This document shows positions 1-8,858 of a stretch of DNA of 64,000 nt, one piece after another (the first letter of the stretch is position 1; the number at the start of each line of letters is the position of its first letter). Location of the stretch: contig JBFGKE010000001.1 of assembly GCA_041576815.1 (NCBI GenBank), positions 147,708 through 211,707 on the forward strand, read 5' to 3'. This DNA is from Polyangiales bacterium. GTDB taxonomy: Bacteria; Myxococcota_A; Polyangia; Polyangiales; Houyiibacteriaceae. The position numbers and the translations under genes were made by a program. The notes under the pieces were generated by a model. It was not told where the DNA came from and ran no database searches. It saw only the letters and a list, made by a program, of their open reading frames with translations.

Positions 1-814
1 CAAGCCCGTCCTCGAGCTGGCCGCGCGTGGCAAAGACGTGTCCGTCGTCGACGGCTTTGCCGACCAGGTGCAGGATCGCGCCCTGCACCCGGCGAAGGTC
101 GTCTCCCGCGATCCCGAGAGCCTCCGCGATCCGGTCCGCCGTCCGAAAGCCGATGCCCCGGATCTGCTCGGCCACGATGTACGGATCGTCACGCACGATC
201 CGAGGCGCATCCGGTCCGTACTTGCGCACGATTTCTCGCGCCGTCGCCGGCCCCATCCCGAGCGCGTGCAGGAAGCTCATCGTTTCCGCCTCGATGCGAC
301 GCTGCCGGACGGCCTTGGCGATCGATTCAGCGCGCTGCTTTCCGATGCCGGAGACCTCGCGCAGGCGCGCCGACTGCGTGGCGATCACGTCGAGCGTGTC
401 GGGGCCGAAGCGCTCGACGAGGCGGGCTGCGAGCGCGGGGCCGATGCCCGGGATCAGCCCCGAGCCGAGGTAGCGCGCGATCCCCTTTTCGGTCGACGGG
501 ATGGTCGGCGTGAACGAGCTCACCCGAAAGCGAGGGCCGTACACGGCGTGCTGTGTCCATCGCCCGACGAGGCGAACGTTTTCGCCGGCGGCGATTTGGC
601 CCAGATCCCCGACCGCCGTATGCGTGGGGGAAAGCTCGTCGTCGGGGTCGACCCCGAGCCGAACCACCGCAAAGCTTCCGTCATCACTCCGGAAAAGGAC
701 GTCCTCGACGACGCCTTCCAGCACTTGGTCTGACTCCGGAGACCCCACGATCACTGGGGAATCTACCAGTCTTGGCCTGCAAACGCTCTTGGGCCGTGCT
801 TTGTCGAGAACCAT
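1..814 (-). CDS. recD2: ATP-dependent RecD2-like DNA helicase, N-terminal part (runs off the window edge; absent from the ORF track)
   Basis: Manual translation of the minus strand from ATG at 814: ...VLEGVVEDVLFRSDDGSFAVVRL...GENVRLVGRWTQHAVYGPRFRV...GIARYLGSGLIPGIGPALA...DPYIVAEQIRGIGFRTADRIA, typical of the RecD2 N-terminus and HhH region. The start may be a later GTG. Confidence 0.88.
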   Translation of the reverse strand, partial: MVLDKARPKSVCRPRLVDSPVIVGSPESDQVLEGVVEDVLFRSDDGSFAVVRLGVDPDDELSPTHTAVGDLGQIAAGENVRLVGRWTQHAVYGPRFRVSSFTPTIPSTEKGIARYLGSGLIPGIGPALAARLVERFGPDTLDVIATQSARLREVSGIGKQRAESIAKAVRQRRIEAETMSFLHALGMGPATAREIVRKYGPDAPRIVRDDPYIVAEQIRGIGFRTADRIAEALGIAGDDLRRVQGAILHLVGKAVDDGHVFATRGQLEDGL

Positions 815-854
815 CCATTAGGATTAAGAGCAGCCCGTTACACCTTGGAGGGGA

Positions 855-1058
855 ATGGCAACTCGACCACGGATGAGTGCACCGATCGGCCGGCTTCGCG
901 TCCGCCCGACCGAGACCCGGCCCAAGCGCGTCTCCGGCGGACCCTGGGAACCCGCCGACCCGCCGTCCGCGGCCGACGTGACCGAGGAAGACGAGAGCGC
1001 GCGCGACGGCGCGCCGCCGAGCTTCTATCCGTTTCCACTCAAAAGAGCAGGCGGCTAA
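855..1058 (+). CDS. Small hypothetical protein (67 aa)
   Basis: GGAGGGG Shine-Dalgarno directly before the ATG; co-directional with the downstream operon; no recognisable domain. Confidence 0.4.
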   Translation: MATRPRMSAPIGRLRVRPTETRPKRVSGGPWEPADPPSAADVTEEDESARDGAPPSFYPFPLKRAGG

Positions 1059-1112
1059 GAGGCTGGCGCCGGCTTCGTTGCGCCCAAAACGCGCAATTGG
1101 TAAGAGCGCTCG

Positions 1113-2666
1113 ATGCCCCCAACGACGATCGCGATACTCGGGGCGAAAGGGGGCGTGGGCACCTCGCTCCTCAGCGCCAACCTCGCGATCTATCTCGCGA
1201 CCGTCGGCAAGCGCGTGCTCGCGGTCGATGCCGATCCCGCGGGCGCCGACCTTCATGCGATGCTCGGGATCCGGCCCCGCGTCGCTCCGTACGTGGCGCC
1301 GACGCCCGCGTTTGGCGCGGAAGGGAGCTTTGCGCGCTTGGCCAGCGCGCTCGACCACGACGCGATCAACACGTTGCCGTCGCGCGAGCCGGTCGAGGGC
1401 CCGATCCCGGGCCTTTGGCTATGGGACGGTGGGTTGAGCGAGCCTCATCGCGGCAGCGCCCGTCGAAGCTCCATGCGGGAGCTGGAACGCCGGCTGACCA
1501 AGCAGGACGCGGATTTTGCGGTCGTCGACCTCGGATCCGCGGCAACCGATGCTTCCGTCCGGTTCTGGTGCAACGCCACCCATCGCCTGGCGCTGACGAT
1601 GCCCGAGCCCAACGCGGTGAGCGGCCTCTACAGGCTGGTTCGCAAGGCGTTTGCGACCGCGGCGCATGCCCACGTCAAGGACGAGCGTCAGCAGGCCGCG
1701 CTTCACGCCGCGTTCAACAAAGCCGGCCACCACCCTGCGCCGTCCGACATCGCGCTGCTGCTCCAGCGTGAATGGCCCGAGATCGGTCATGCGCTCGAGG
1801 ACTGCATGGAGGCGCTCGAGCTGCCGTTCATCGTGAACCAGGCGAGGCTGCGGGCAGACCTCGAGCTCGGCGATCAGATCACGGTGGCCGTGCGCCGCCG
1901 GTACGGCATTCACCCGAAGTACCTCGGCTATGTCGAGCACGACGACGGCGTGCGGGCGTGTGCGCGCCGGCGAAGGCCGCTGCTGCTCGAGAGCCCGGGC
2001 AGCCGCGCGAGCCGGAACATCGAAAAGATCGCGCGTCGGCTTTTTGCATCGGCCGGCAGTCGACGCGACCGGGCGCCGTGGCGCGAAGTGCCTCGAAGCT
2101 CGCATCACGACGTGCTCGAGGTCGAGCGCGGCGCCACGGATGAGGAGATCCGACGCGCGTACAAGCGAATGTGCGCCGTGTTCGACGAGGACAACCTCGT
2201 GACCTTCGGCCTCTTCGACGGGGAGGGGCTGCAGGCCGCGCGCGCTCGCGTCGACGAGGCCTACGACGTGCTTCTAGATCCCGCGCGTCGGCGACCGTAC
2301 GAAATCTCCGTGTTCCCCGAGGCGCCCGAGGCCGCGCCACCGGCGGAGACGGAGCGCCTGCCGGCCGCCGAGCTTCCGCCCGCGCCCAGCATCACGCCGG
2401 ACACGGAGTTCAGCGGTGCGCTTCTCCGGGCGGTGAGGGAGTCGCAGGGCACGAGCCTCGGGCAGATCAGCGACCGCACGAAGGTGGGGCTCAACCACCT
2501 TCGCTCGATCGAAGACGACGAGTTCGAGAAGCTCCCGGCCGCGGTGTACGTGCGTGGTTTCGTGACCGAGTTTGCGAAGTGTCTGCGGCTCGATCCCGAG
2601 CAGGTGAGCCAGAGCTATCTTCGGCGCTACAAAGCGCGAATGGACGGCCGAGGAGGCGGCGCGTGA
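1113..2666 (+). CDS. MinD/FlhG-like P-loop protein fused to a J-like domain and a RodZ-type HTH
   Basis: N-terminal GAKGGVGTS...VLAVDAD (MinD/ParA deviant Walker A region); central HHDVLEVERGATDEEIRRAY (DnaJ-like, no HPD); C-terminal GALLRAVRESQGTSLGQISDRTKV...LRSIEDDEFEKLPAAVYVRGFV (HTH_25/RodZ-like). Confidence 0.8.
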   Translation: MPPTTIAILGAKGGVGTSLLSANLAIYLATVGKRVLAVDADPAGADLHAMLGIRPRVAPYVAPTPAFGAEGSFARLASALDHDAINTLPSREPVEGPIPGLWLWDGGLSEPHRGSARRSSMRELERRLTKQDADFAVVDLGSAATDASVRFWCNATHRLALTMPEPNAVSGLYRLVRKAFATAAHAHVKDERQQAALHAAFNKAGHHPAPSDIALLLQREWPEIGHALEDCMEALELPFIVNQARLRADLELGDQITVAVRRRYGIHPKYLGYVEHDDGVRACARRRRPLLLESPGSRASRNIEKIARRLFASAGSRRDRAPWREVPRSSHHDVLEVERGATDEEIRRAYKRMCAVFDEDNLVTFGLFDGEGLQAARARVDEAYDVLLDPARRRPYEISVFPEAPEAAPPAETERLPAAELPPAPSITPDTEFSGALLRAVRESQGTSLGQISDRTKVGLNHLRSIEDDEFEKLPAAVYVRGFVTEFAKCLRLDPEQVSQSYLRRYKARMDGRGGGA

Positions 2667-3250
2667 GCGCGCTGATTCTCGCGTCCTCGTCGCCGCGCCG
2701 CCGCGAGATCTTGTCCGCGCTGGGGCTTGGGTTCGACGTCATGCCAAGCGACGTCGACGAGCGCGGGCTCGAAACGGGCGATCGCGACGCGCTCGTGCGG
2801 GCCGCAGCCCTTGCAAAGCTCGAGCACGCGCTCGCCGTGAGTGACCGGAAGGGTGCGCACGTGCTGGCGGCAGACACGATGGTCTTCGTCGACGATCGTC
2901 ACCTTGGAAAGCCAAGCGACGACCACGATGCCATGCGGATGCTTCGTCTGCTCGCCGGGCGCGACCACCAGGTGCGAACGGCGGCAGCGCTCGGCCGTGT
3001 CGGTCAGGGCGTGCTCGAGTGCCGGGTCGTCGAGACCCGCGTATGGTTTCGGGAGGCGTCGAACGACGAGCTCCGTCGCTACGTCGCTACGGGCGAGAGC
3101 CGAGACAAAGCGGGGGCGTACGGAATTCAGGGGCTCGGCGGAGGCTTCGTCACGCGCATCGAGGGCTCGTACACGAACGTGGTGGGGCTCCCGGCGGCCG
3201 AGGTGATCGACATGCTTCGGGAGCACGGCGCGTTGGAGAGCTGGCCGTGA
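2663..3250 (+). CDS. maf: Maf family nucleoside triphosphate pyrophosphatase
   Basis: GTG start overlapping the upstream TGA; LILASSSPRRREIL, LAADTMV, DKAGAYGIQG, YTNVVGLP. Confidence 0.93.
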   Translation: MSALILASSSPRRREILSALGLGFDVMPSDVDERGLETGDRDALVRAAALAKLEHALAVSDRKGAHVLAADTMVFVDDRHLGKPSDDHDAMRMLRLLAGRDHQVRTAAALGRVGQGVLECRVVETRVWFREASNDELRRYVATGESRDKAGAYGIQGLGGGFVTRIEGSYTNVVGLPAAEVIDMLREHGALESWP

Positions 3251-3921
3251 GACCCGCCATCGCCGACGCGATCGAGCGCCTGCGCGAGCGGATCGAGGCC
3301 GCCTGCGCGAGGGCCGGCCGGGACGCCGGCTCGGTGCAGCTGGTGGCGGTCTCCAAAGCGCATCCCGAGGACAAGATCCGGGCCGCGTATGAAGCGGGCC
3401 TGCGCGTCTTCGGAGAGAACTACGCCCAGGAGCTCGACGAGAAAGCGTCCGCACTGGCCGACCTTTCGGACATCACGTGGCGCTTCATCGGCCACCTCCA
3501 GCGAAACAAGATCAAGCTGATCGAACGGGCGCGCGCCACGGTGGACACGGTCGATTCACTGCGTCTCGCGCAGGCTCTCGCCGCCCGCGCCGAAGCCCAT
3601 CGGGCCGTGGTCGAGGTGCTGCTCCAAGTCAACGTGGGCGGCGAAGCGCAGAAGTCCGGCTGCGCACCGGACGACGTTCCCGCGCTGGTCTCCGCCGTGC
3701 GCGAGCTCCCGAGCCTCGACCTTCGAGGGCTGATGACGGTCGCACCTCACCTCGACGACCCCGAGGACACGCGCCCGTTCTTCGCAAAGCTCCGCGAGCT
3801 CGCAGAAGCGCATCGCCTACCCGAGCTGTCGATGGGCATGACCCACGACCTCGAGGCCGCGGTCGCGGAGGGCGCGACGATGCTTCGAATCGGAACCGCG
3901 ATCTTCGGACCGCGTCCCTAG
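3247..3921 (+). CDS. yggS: PLP homeostasis protein YggS/PROSC
   Basis: [62 protein letters not shown]; GTG start overlaps the maf stop. Confidence 0.94.
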   Translation: MRPAIADAIERLRERIEAACARAGRDAGSVQLVAVSKAHPEDKIRAAYEAGLRVFGENYAQELDEKASALADLSDITWRFIGHLQRNKIKLIERARATVDTVDSLRLAQALAARAEAHRAVVEVLLQVNVGGEAQKSGCAPDDVPALVSAVRELPSLDLRGLMTVAPHLDDPEDTRPFFAKLRELAEAHRLPELSMGMTHDLEAAVAEGATMLRIGTAIFGPRP

Positions 3922-4751
3922 GGCTCGTTCGACTCGGCGATCTTGCCGAGCTCGGCCGAACGCCGCGTGGCTGCCCGCACCGCACCGGCAAGGGCGTCCT
4001 CGAAGCCCGCACGCGCGAGCGCGTCGAGACCCGCGCGGGTCGTCCCGCCGGGGCTCGTCACCCGCTCCCGCAGGGCCTCGGGCGCCGCCTGCTCCTCGAG
4101 CAGCAGCTTGGCTGCGCCAAAGACGGTCTGCGACGCGAGAAGAAGCGCGGTCTCTTCCGGCAAGCCCTCGCGGACGCCCGCATCGCGGAGCGCCTCGATC
4201 ATCGCAAAGACGTATGCCGGACCGGACCCGCTCAGCCCGGTGACCGCGTCGATCGAGGCCTCGGGCACGCGCACGGAGACGCCCACGCTATCGAACAGCG
4301 TTTCGGTGAGCGCGAGGTCCTCGTCGGTCGCGTGCCGGCCGGCCGCGATGGCGGTGGCACCCGCGCCGACGAGCGCAGGCGTGTTGGGCATCGTCCGTAC
4401 GACGCGCGCACCGTCCGGAAGTGCGCGCTCGATGAACGCCGTGGAAATTCCGGCCGCGATCGAAATCAAGAGAGCGTCCGCGGGAAGGGCGCCGTCAAGT
4501 CCTGCCAGCACCTGCGGAAACACCTGCGGTTTGGTCGCTAGGACAATCACGGCGGCGCCGTCGACCGCGTTGCCGTTGTCGCCCGTGACGCGAATTCCGA
4601 GCTCCGACCGAAGCGCGGTCAGTCGTTCGCCGTCCGGGTCGGCGGCCACGATCTGCGGGGCGGTGACGGAGCCCGTTCCGATCAGCCCGCGGATGAGCGC
4701 GCCGGCCATGTTTCCCGCCCCAATGAAAGCGAACGTCTGCTGCCCTGCCAT
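3918..4751 (-). CDS. proC: Pyrroline-5-carboxylate reductase
   Basis: FIGAGNMAG Rossmann motif, VRTMPNTPALVGAG, GLSGSGPAYVF, VTSPGGTT; start trimmed from the ORF track to MAGQQ. Confidence 0.95.
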   Translation of the reverse strand: MAGQQTFAFIGAGNMAGALIRGLIGTGSVTAPQIVAADPDGERLTALRSELGIRVTGDNGNAVDGAAVIVLATKPQVFPQVLAGLDGALPADALLISIAAGISTAFIERALPDGARVVRTMPNTPALVGAGATAIAAGRHATDEDLALTETLFDSVGVSVRVPEASIDAVTGLSGSGPAYVFAMIEALRDAGVREGLPEETALLLASQTVFGAAKLLLEEQAAPEALRERVTSPGGTTRAGLDALARAGFEDALAGAVRAATRRSAELGKIAESNEP

Positions 4752-4800
4752 TCGGCGCGACATACCACACTCCGCGAACCGAAGGTACGGGCCGATGCCC

Positions 4801-6096
4801 CTACGCGCAGGCCGCCTCGACTTCGTCGATCTCTTTCGGAATGCCTTCGGTGAGCACGGTGTGGCCGTCGTCGGTGACCAGAACGTCATCTTCGATTCGG
4901 ATCCCGATGCCACGCCACTCCGGGCCGACGTCTTCGTTGTCCGCGGCAACGTAGATGCCCGGCTCGACGGTCAGCACGAAACCCGGCTCGAGTGGGCGCG
5001 GCTTGCCGTCGAGGTAGTAGCGGCCGACGTCGTGCACGTCCATGCCGAGCCAGTGCGAGGTCCGGTGCATGTAGAACGTCTCGTGCTTCTTTTCTTCGAT
5101 GAGCGCGCCGACGTCGCCCTCGAGCAGTCCGATGTCGATCAACCCCTCGACGATCGATCGGACCGCGCCGTCGTGGATCTCCTGCAGCGTGACCCCGGGC
5201 TTGACCGCATCAATGCTCGCCTTCTGCGCCCGGAGGACCACCTCGTAGACGGCTCGCTGCGGCGCGGAAAACGCACCTGACGCGGGAAAGGTCCGCGTCA
5301 CGTCGCTCGCGTAGTAGCCGTACTCGCATCCCGCATCGATCAACACCAGCTCGCCGGCGCCCACGGCACGGTTGCCCGCGCGGTAGTGGAGGATGGTGGC
5401 ATTCGGCCCCGAGCCCACGATGCTCTCGTAGGCGGGACGCTCGCTTCCGTGCTTGCGAAAGACGTGAAGCAGCTCGGCGTCGATCTCGTATTCATGGATG
5501 CCGGGCCGCGTCAGCTGCATGGCGCGGATGTGCGCTTCACGCGTGATCGCGGCGGCGAGACGCATCGTGTCGATCTCGGCATCGCTCTTGCGAAGGCGCA
5601 TCTCGTGCAGGTGGACCGAGGGGTCGACGATGACCTCGGGCGCGGCGATTCCCCGACGGCCACCGCGGCGGAGCAGGTTCAAGCAATCGAACAGCTTGGC
5701 GTCCGCGTCGTCGTCCTGGCCGAGGCGATAGTGCAGGCGCTCGACGTTGCCGAGATAGTCGGGGAGCCGTTTTTCTAGCTCGTCGATGGGGAAGGCCGCG
5801 TCGGCACCGAAGGTTTCGACCGCGCCCTCCACGCCAGCCCGCGGCCCGTCCCAGATCTCGCGCTCTCGCTTCCTCGGCCGGACGAAAAGCACGGTTTGGT
5901 GCTCTGCGTGTTGGTTCGTGAGCACGAGGACGCTTTGTGGCTCGTCGAACCCCGTCAAATAGTAGAGGTCGCTGTTTTGGCGGTAGGGATGCTCGACGTC
6001 TTGATTGCGAACCGCGAGCGGCGCCGACGGGAACACCGCGACGCCATCTCCAATCGCTTCGAGAAGCTTCGCGCGCCGCCGTGCAAACTCCGACAT
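4801..6096 (-). CDS. pepP: Xaa-Pro aminopeptidase P (M24B)
   Basis: YRQNSDLYYLTGF, LVLIDAGCEYGYYASDVTRTFP, HRTSHWLGMDVHD, TVEPGIY, GIRIEDDVLVT. Confidence 0.95.
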   Translation of the reverse strand: MSEFARRRAKLLEAIGDGVAVFPSAPLAVRNQDVEHPYRQNSDLYYLTGFDEPQSVLVLTNQHAEHQTVLFVRPRKREREIWDGPRAGVEGAVETFGADAAFPIDELEKRLPDYLGNVERLHYRLGQDDDADAKLFDCLNLLRRGGRRGIAAPEVIVDPSVHLHEMRLRKSDAEIDTMRLAAAITREAHIRAMQLTRPGIHEYEIDAELLHVFRKHGSERPAYESIVGSGPNATILHYRAGNRAVGAGELVLIDAGCEYGYYASDVTRTFPASGAFSAPQRAVYEVVLRAQKASIDAVKPGVTLQEIHDGAVRSIVEGLIDIGLLEGDVGALIEEKKHETFYMHRTSHWLGMDVHDVGRYYLDGKPRPLEPGFVLTVEPGIYVAADNEDVGPEWRGIGIRIEDDVLVTDDGHTVLTEGIPKEIDEVEAACA

Positions 6097-6114
6097 GGAT
6101 CGAGCCTAGCAGAG

Positions 6115-7662
6115 TTACCTTCGGGGCTGCATCTCGCCCGCCCTGAAGCGGCTCCAGTAGCTTTGCAGCGCGTCGCGAACCTTGCCGCTCAGCAGCACCG
6201 CACCGAGAATGTTGGGAAAGGACATGCCGAGAATCATCAGGTCCGAGAAATCGATCACGTTACCGAGCTTGAGGACCGAACCGAGCACGATGAACCCGAG
6301 GAACAAGACCTTGTAGAGGATCGAGTAGTCCGCCCCGAACAGGTACGTCCAGCATCGCTCGCCATAGTAGCTCCACGAAATCATCGTCGAGAACGCAAAC
6401 AGAAACACGGCGAGGCTCAACACCTTTGGAAACCAGGGAAGCACCGTGGCAAAGGCCTTCGAGGTCATCAACACTCCCTCTTCGCCACCGGTTTGGTACG
6501 CGCCGGTGATCACCACGACCAGACCGGTCATCGTGCACACGACGATCGTGTCGATGAAAGGCTCTAGAAGTGCGACGATCCCTTCCCGCACCGGTTCGTC
6601 GGTCGCCGCCGCCGAGTGCGCGATCGAGGCGGACCCCACGCCGGCTTCGTTCGAGAACGCCGCGCGCCGGAAACCGGTGATGAGCACGCCTACAAGCCCT
6701 CCGAGACCGGCCTTCGGCGTGATCGCCTCGCCGACGATCTTGCCGAAGGCCGGAACGACCTGATCGGTGTGGGTCAAGATGATGAAAAACCCGGCCACGA
6801 GATAGATGCCGCACATGATCGGCACGATGAACCCCGCGACTTGGCCGATGCGGCGGATGCCCCCGATGATCACGATGCCGACGAGGAACGCGAGCACGAC
6901 GCCGTAGGCGAGCGAGCCCCAGCCACCGGAAAAGAAGGGGAGCACGTCGGCGACCTGCGCGTAGCTCTGGTTCGCTTGAAACATGTTGCCGCCCCCGAAG
7001 CTTCCGCCGACGCACATCACTGCGAAGAGGATCGCGAGCACTCTCCCGAGGCGCGGGAGGCTCAGCTCCCGGAGCCCGGATTCGAGGTACCGCATCGGGC
7101 CGCCCAAGATGTGTCCGTCTTTGCCGACCTCGCGGTACATCTGACCAAGCGTGCACTCGGCGAACTTCGACGACATGCCGAGGAACCCCGCGACGATCAT
7201 CCAAAAGACGGCCCCGGGGCCCCCGACGGCCACCGCCACGGCGACGCCCGCGATGTTCCCGAGGCCCACCGTCGCCGAAAGCGCCGAAGAGAGGGCCTGA
7301 AAGTGCGTCACCTCGCCGGGATCGTCGGGGTTGTCGTAGTGCCCGGAGGTGACCGCCCAGGCGTGCTTGAACGCCCGGAGGTTGATGAAGCCGAAGCGGA
7401 GGGTGAAGAAGGTCGCGCCGGCGATCAGCCAGACCACGATGAAGGGCAGCTTGACGTCGTGGTCGGTGCCGTTGTCCCAAAAGGCCAGGTCATAGAAGAG
7501 CACCGTGGCCATGGGACCGACGACGTTGGCGCCGAATCCCTCGTCCAGGGACCTCAGGACGCCCCCGATGCCCGCTTCCGAGTGCGCGTCGGCCTGAGCC
7601 AGAGCGGACGCCGGGAACAGCCATGCCCCAAAGACCGCGAGCGCTCGCAGGCATCTCCCCAT
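6115..7662 (-). CDS. Alanine/glycine:cation symporter (AGCS family)
   Basis: FQALSSALSATVGLGNIAGVA, GGPGAVFWM, FSNEAGVGSASIAH, FAFSTMISWSYYGE; start trimmed to MGRCLR. Confidence 0.92.
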   Translation of the reverse strand: MGRCLRALAVFGAWLFPASALAQADAHSEAGIGGVLRSLDEGFGANVVGPMATVLFYDLAFWDNGTDHDVKLPFIVVWLIAGATFFTLRFGFINLRAFKHAWAVTSGHYDNPDDPGEVTHFQALSSALSATVGLGNIAGVAVAVAVGGPGAVFWMIVAGFLGMSSKFAECTLGQMYREVGKDGHILGGPMRYLESGLRELSLPRLGRVLAILFAVMCVGGSFGGGNMFQANQSYAQVADVLPFFSGGWGSLAYGVVLAFLVGIVIIGGIRRIGQVAGFIVPIMCGIYLVAGFFIILTHTDQVVPAFGKIVGEAITPKAGLGGLVGVLITGFRRAAFSNEAGVGSASIAHSAAATDEPVREGIVALLEPFIDTIVVCTMTGLVVVITGAYQTGGEEGVLMTSKAFATVLPWFPKVLSLAVFLFAFSTMISWSYYGERCWTYLFGADYSILYKVLFLGFIVLGSVLKLGNVIDFSDLMILGMSFPNILGAVLLSGKVRDALQSYWSRFRAGEMQPRR

Positions 7663-7978
7663 CCCCGTCGAGCACCATGGCACAGCGCCAGAAAGCCGAC
7701 CAGTTTGTCGGCCTGCGGGCAGCGCCAACGTCCGCTCCGTGGCCCCACCCCGCCGTCTTGAACAAACGACCAGTCCGTCCAAACTTCGACCAACGGTGAA
7801 GCTGAAATCGACCGTACGAGCGCAGGCACAGAGGAAGCAATGATTTCGGATGCTTGAGAAGCAGTGAGACAGCGTGTTCGCGGACGCTTTGGTCCATGGT
7901 GTAATTCCTCATTTACTTCCGGTAGTTGCACATCAAGCGTTGTCCTGGACAATCCGTGACCAAGGGGTATCAAAAAGG

Positions 7979-8007
7979 TTGTGAAACGACCAAGTCGTCC
8001 GTAGGCT
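7979..8007 (+). promoter_or_regulatory. Putative sigma70 promoter of the regulator-PKS operon, with a dyad in the spacer
   Basis: TTGTGA (7979-7984), 17 nt, TAGGCT (8002-8007). The spacer contains the palindrome ACGAC-CAA-GTCGT. ATG lies 8 nt after the -10 with no SD, so the transcript may be near-leaderless. Confidence 0.45.
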
Positions 8008-8015
8008 AATTCGAC

Positions 8016-8834
8016 ATGGTGGAGTTGCTGAGCACGTCGGAGGCCGCCCGCATCATCGGGGTGGGCACGACCAGCGTAAAGCGCTGGGCGGATACCGGGC
8101 TGCTCGACTGCGTGCGAACGGCGGGTGGCCATCGGCGATTCACGCGCAACGCCCTCGACCGCTTCGTGCGCCTGCAGCAGCAGCAAGAGCCCGTGGTCGA
8201 CGAGGTCGACCGGTGGTTGGATGTGCTGCTTTCGGAGATGAGCCACGAGCTTGCGCTGGTGCGCGCGTGCGCGCGGCTGGGCTCGTGGTGCGCCGTCGCC
8301 GAAGAGCTGTCGCCGGTCCTGACCGAGCTCGGCCTGCGTTGGAGCAGAGGCGAGATCAGCGTCGGCGAAGAGCACGCCACGTCGGAACGCCTGTCGCGGG
8401 CGCTCGCTCGCATCGTCGAGTCGCTTCCGCTCTTGCCCACGGCACCTCTCTGTCTTTTGGCGTGTATCGAAACCGAAGATCACGCCTTGGGCCTTTCGCT
8501 TGCCGAGCTGTGTCTTCGAGAGCTCGGGTGGGCATCGCTTTGGCTTGGTCGGCGTACGCCCACCTCGGCGATCGTCGATCAGATTTGCAACAATGATCGC
8601 ATTCGCATGGTGGGTCTTTCCGCTTCGGAAGCATGCGCCAATCCGTCCTTACTTCGACTCATCAGCTCTTCCGTGGGTTCCGTTTGCCGGGACCGAGACG
8701 TTGCCTTGATCTTGGGGGGGAGAGGCCCGTGGCCGGAGGTGCCGAGCTACGGCACTCGAATTTGGGGTTTCCACGAGATCGAGGTCGCGCAAAGACGAGT
8801 TCAGAAAAACAGCCGGAGACCGTCCGTACGGTGA
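8016..8834 (+). CDS. CarH/LitR-like cobalamin-binding transcriptional regulator (MerR/excisionase-type HTH plus B12-binding domain)
   Basis: N-terminal HTH LSTSEAARIIGVGTTSVKRWAD...RTAGGHRRF; W-x9-EH motif (RWSRGEISVGEEH); E-x-H-x2-G motif (TEDHALG); Rossmann-like C-terminus (VGLS...LILGG). Confidence 0.85.
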   Translation: MVELLSTSEAARIIGVGTTSVKRWADTGLLDCVRTAGGHRRFTRNALDRFVRLQQQQEPVVDEVDRWLDVLLSEMSHELALVRACARLGSWCAVAEELSPVLTELGLRWSRGEISVGEEHATSERLSRALARIVESLPLLPTAPLCLLACIETEDHALGLSLAELCLRELGWASLWLGRRTPTSAIVDQICNNDRIRMVGLSASEACANPSLLRLISSSVGSVCRDRDVALILGGRGPWPEVPSYGTRIWGFHEIEVAQRRVQKNSRRPSVR

Positions 8835-8858
8835 CCAACGCCTTGCTTCGATAGGGAA

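Noticed and set aside
3247-4751. yggS and proC adjacent but convergent
   Set aside because: The yggS-proC linkage is common; inversion of one partner is unremarkable.
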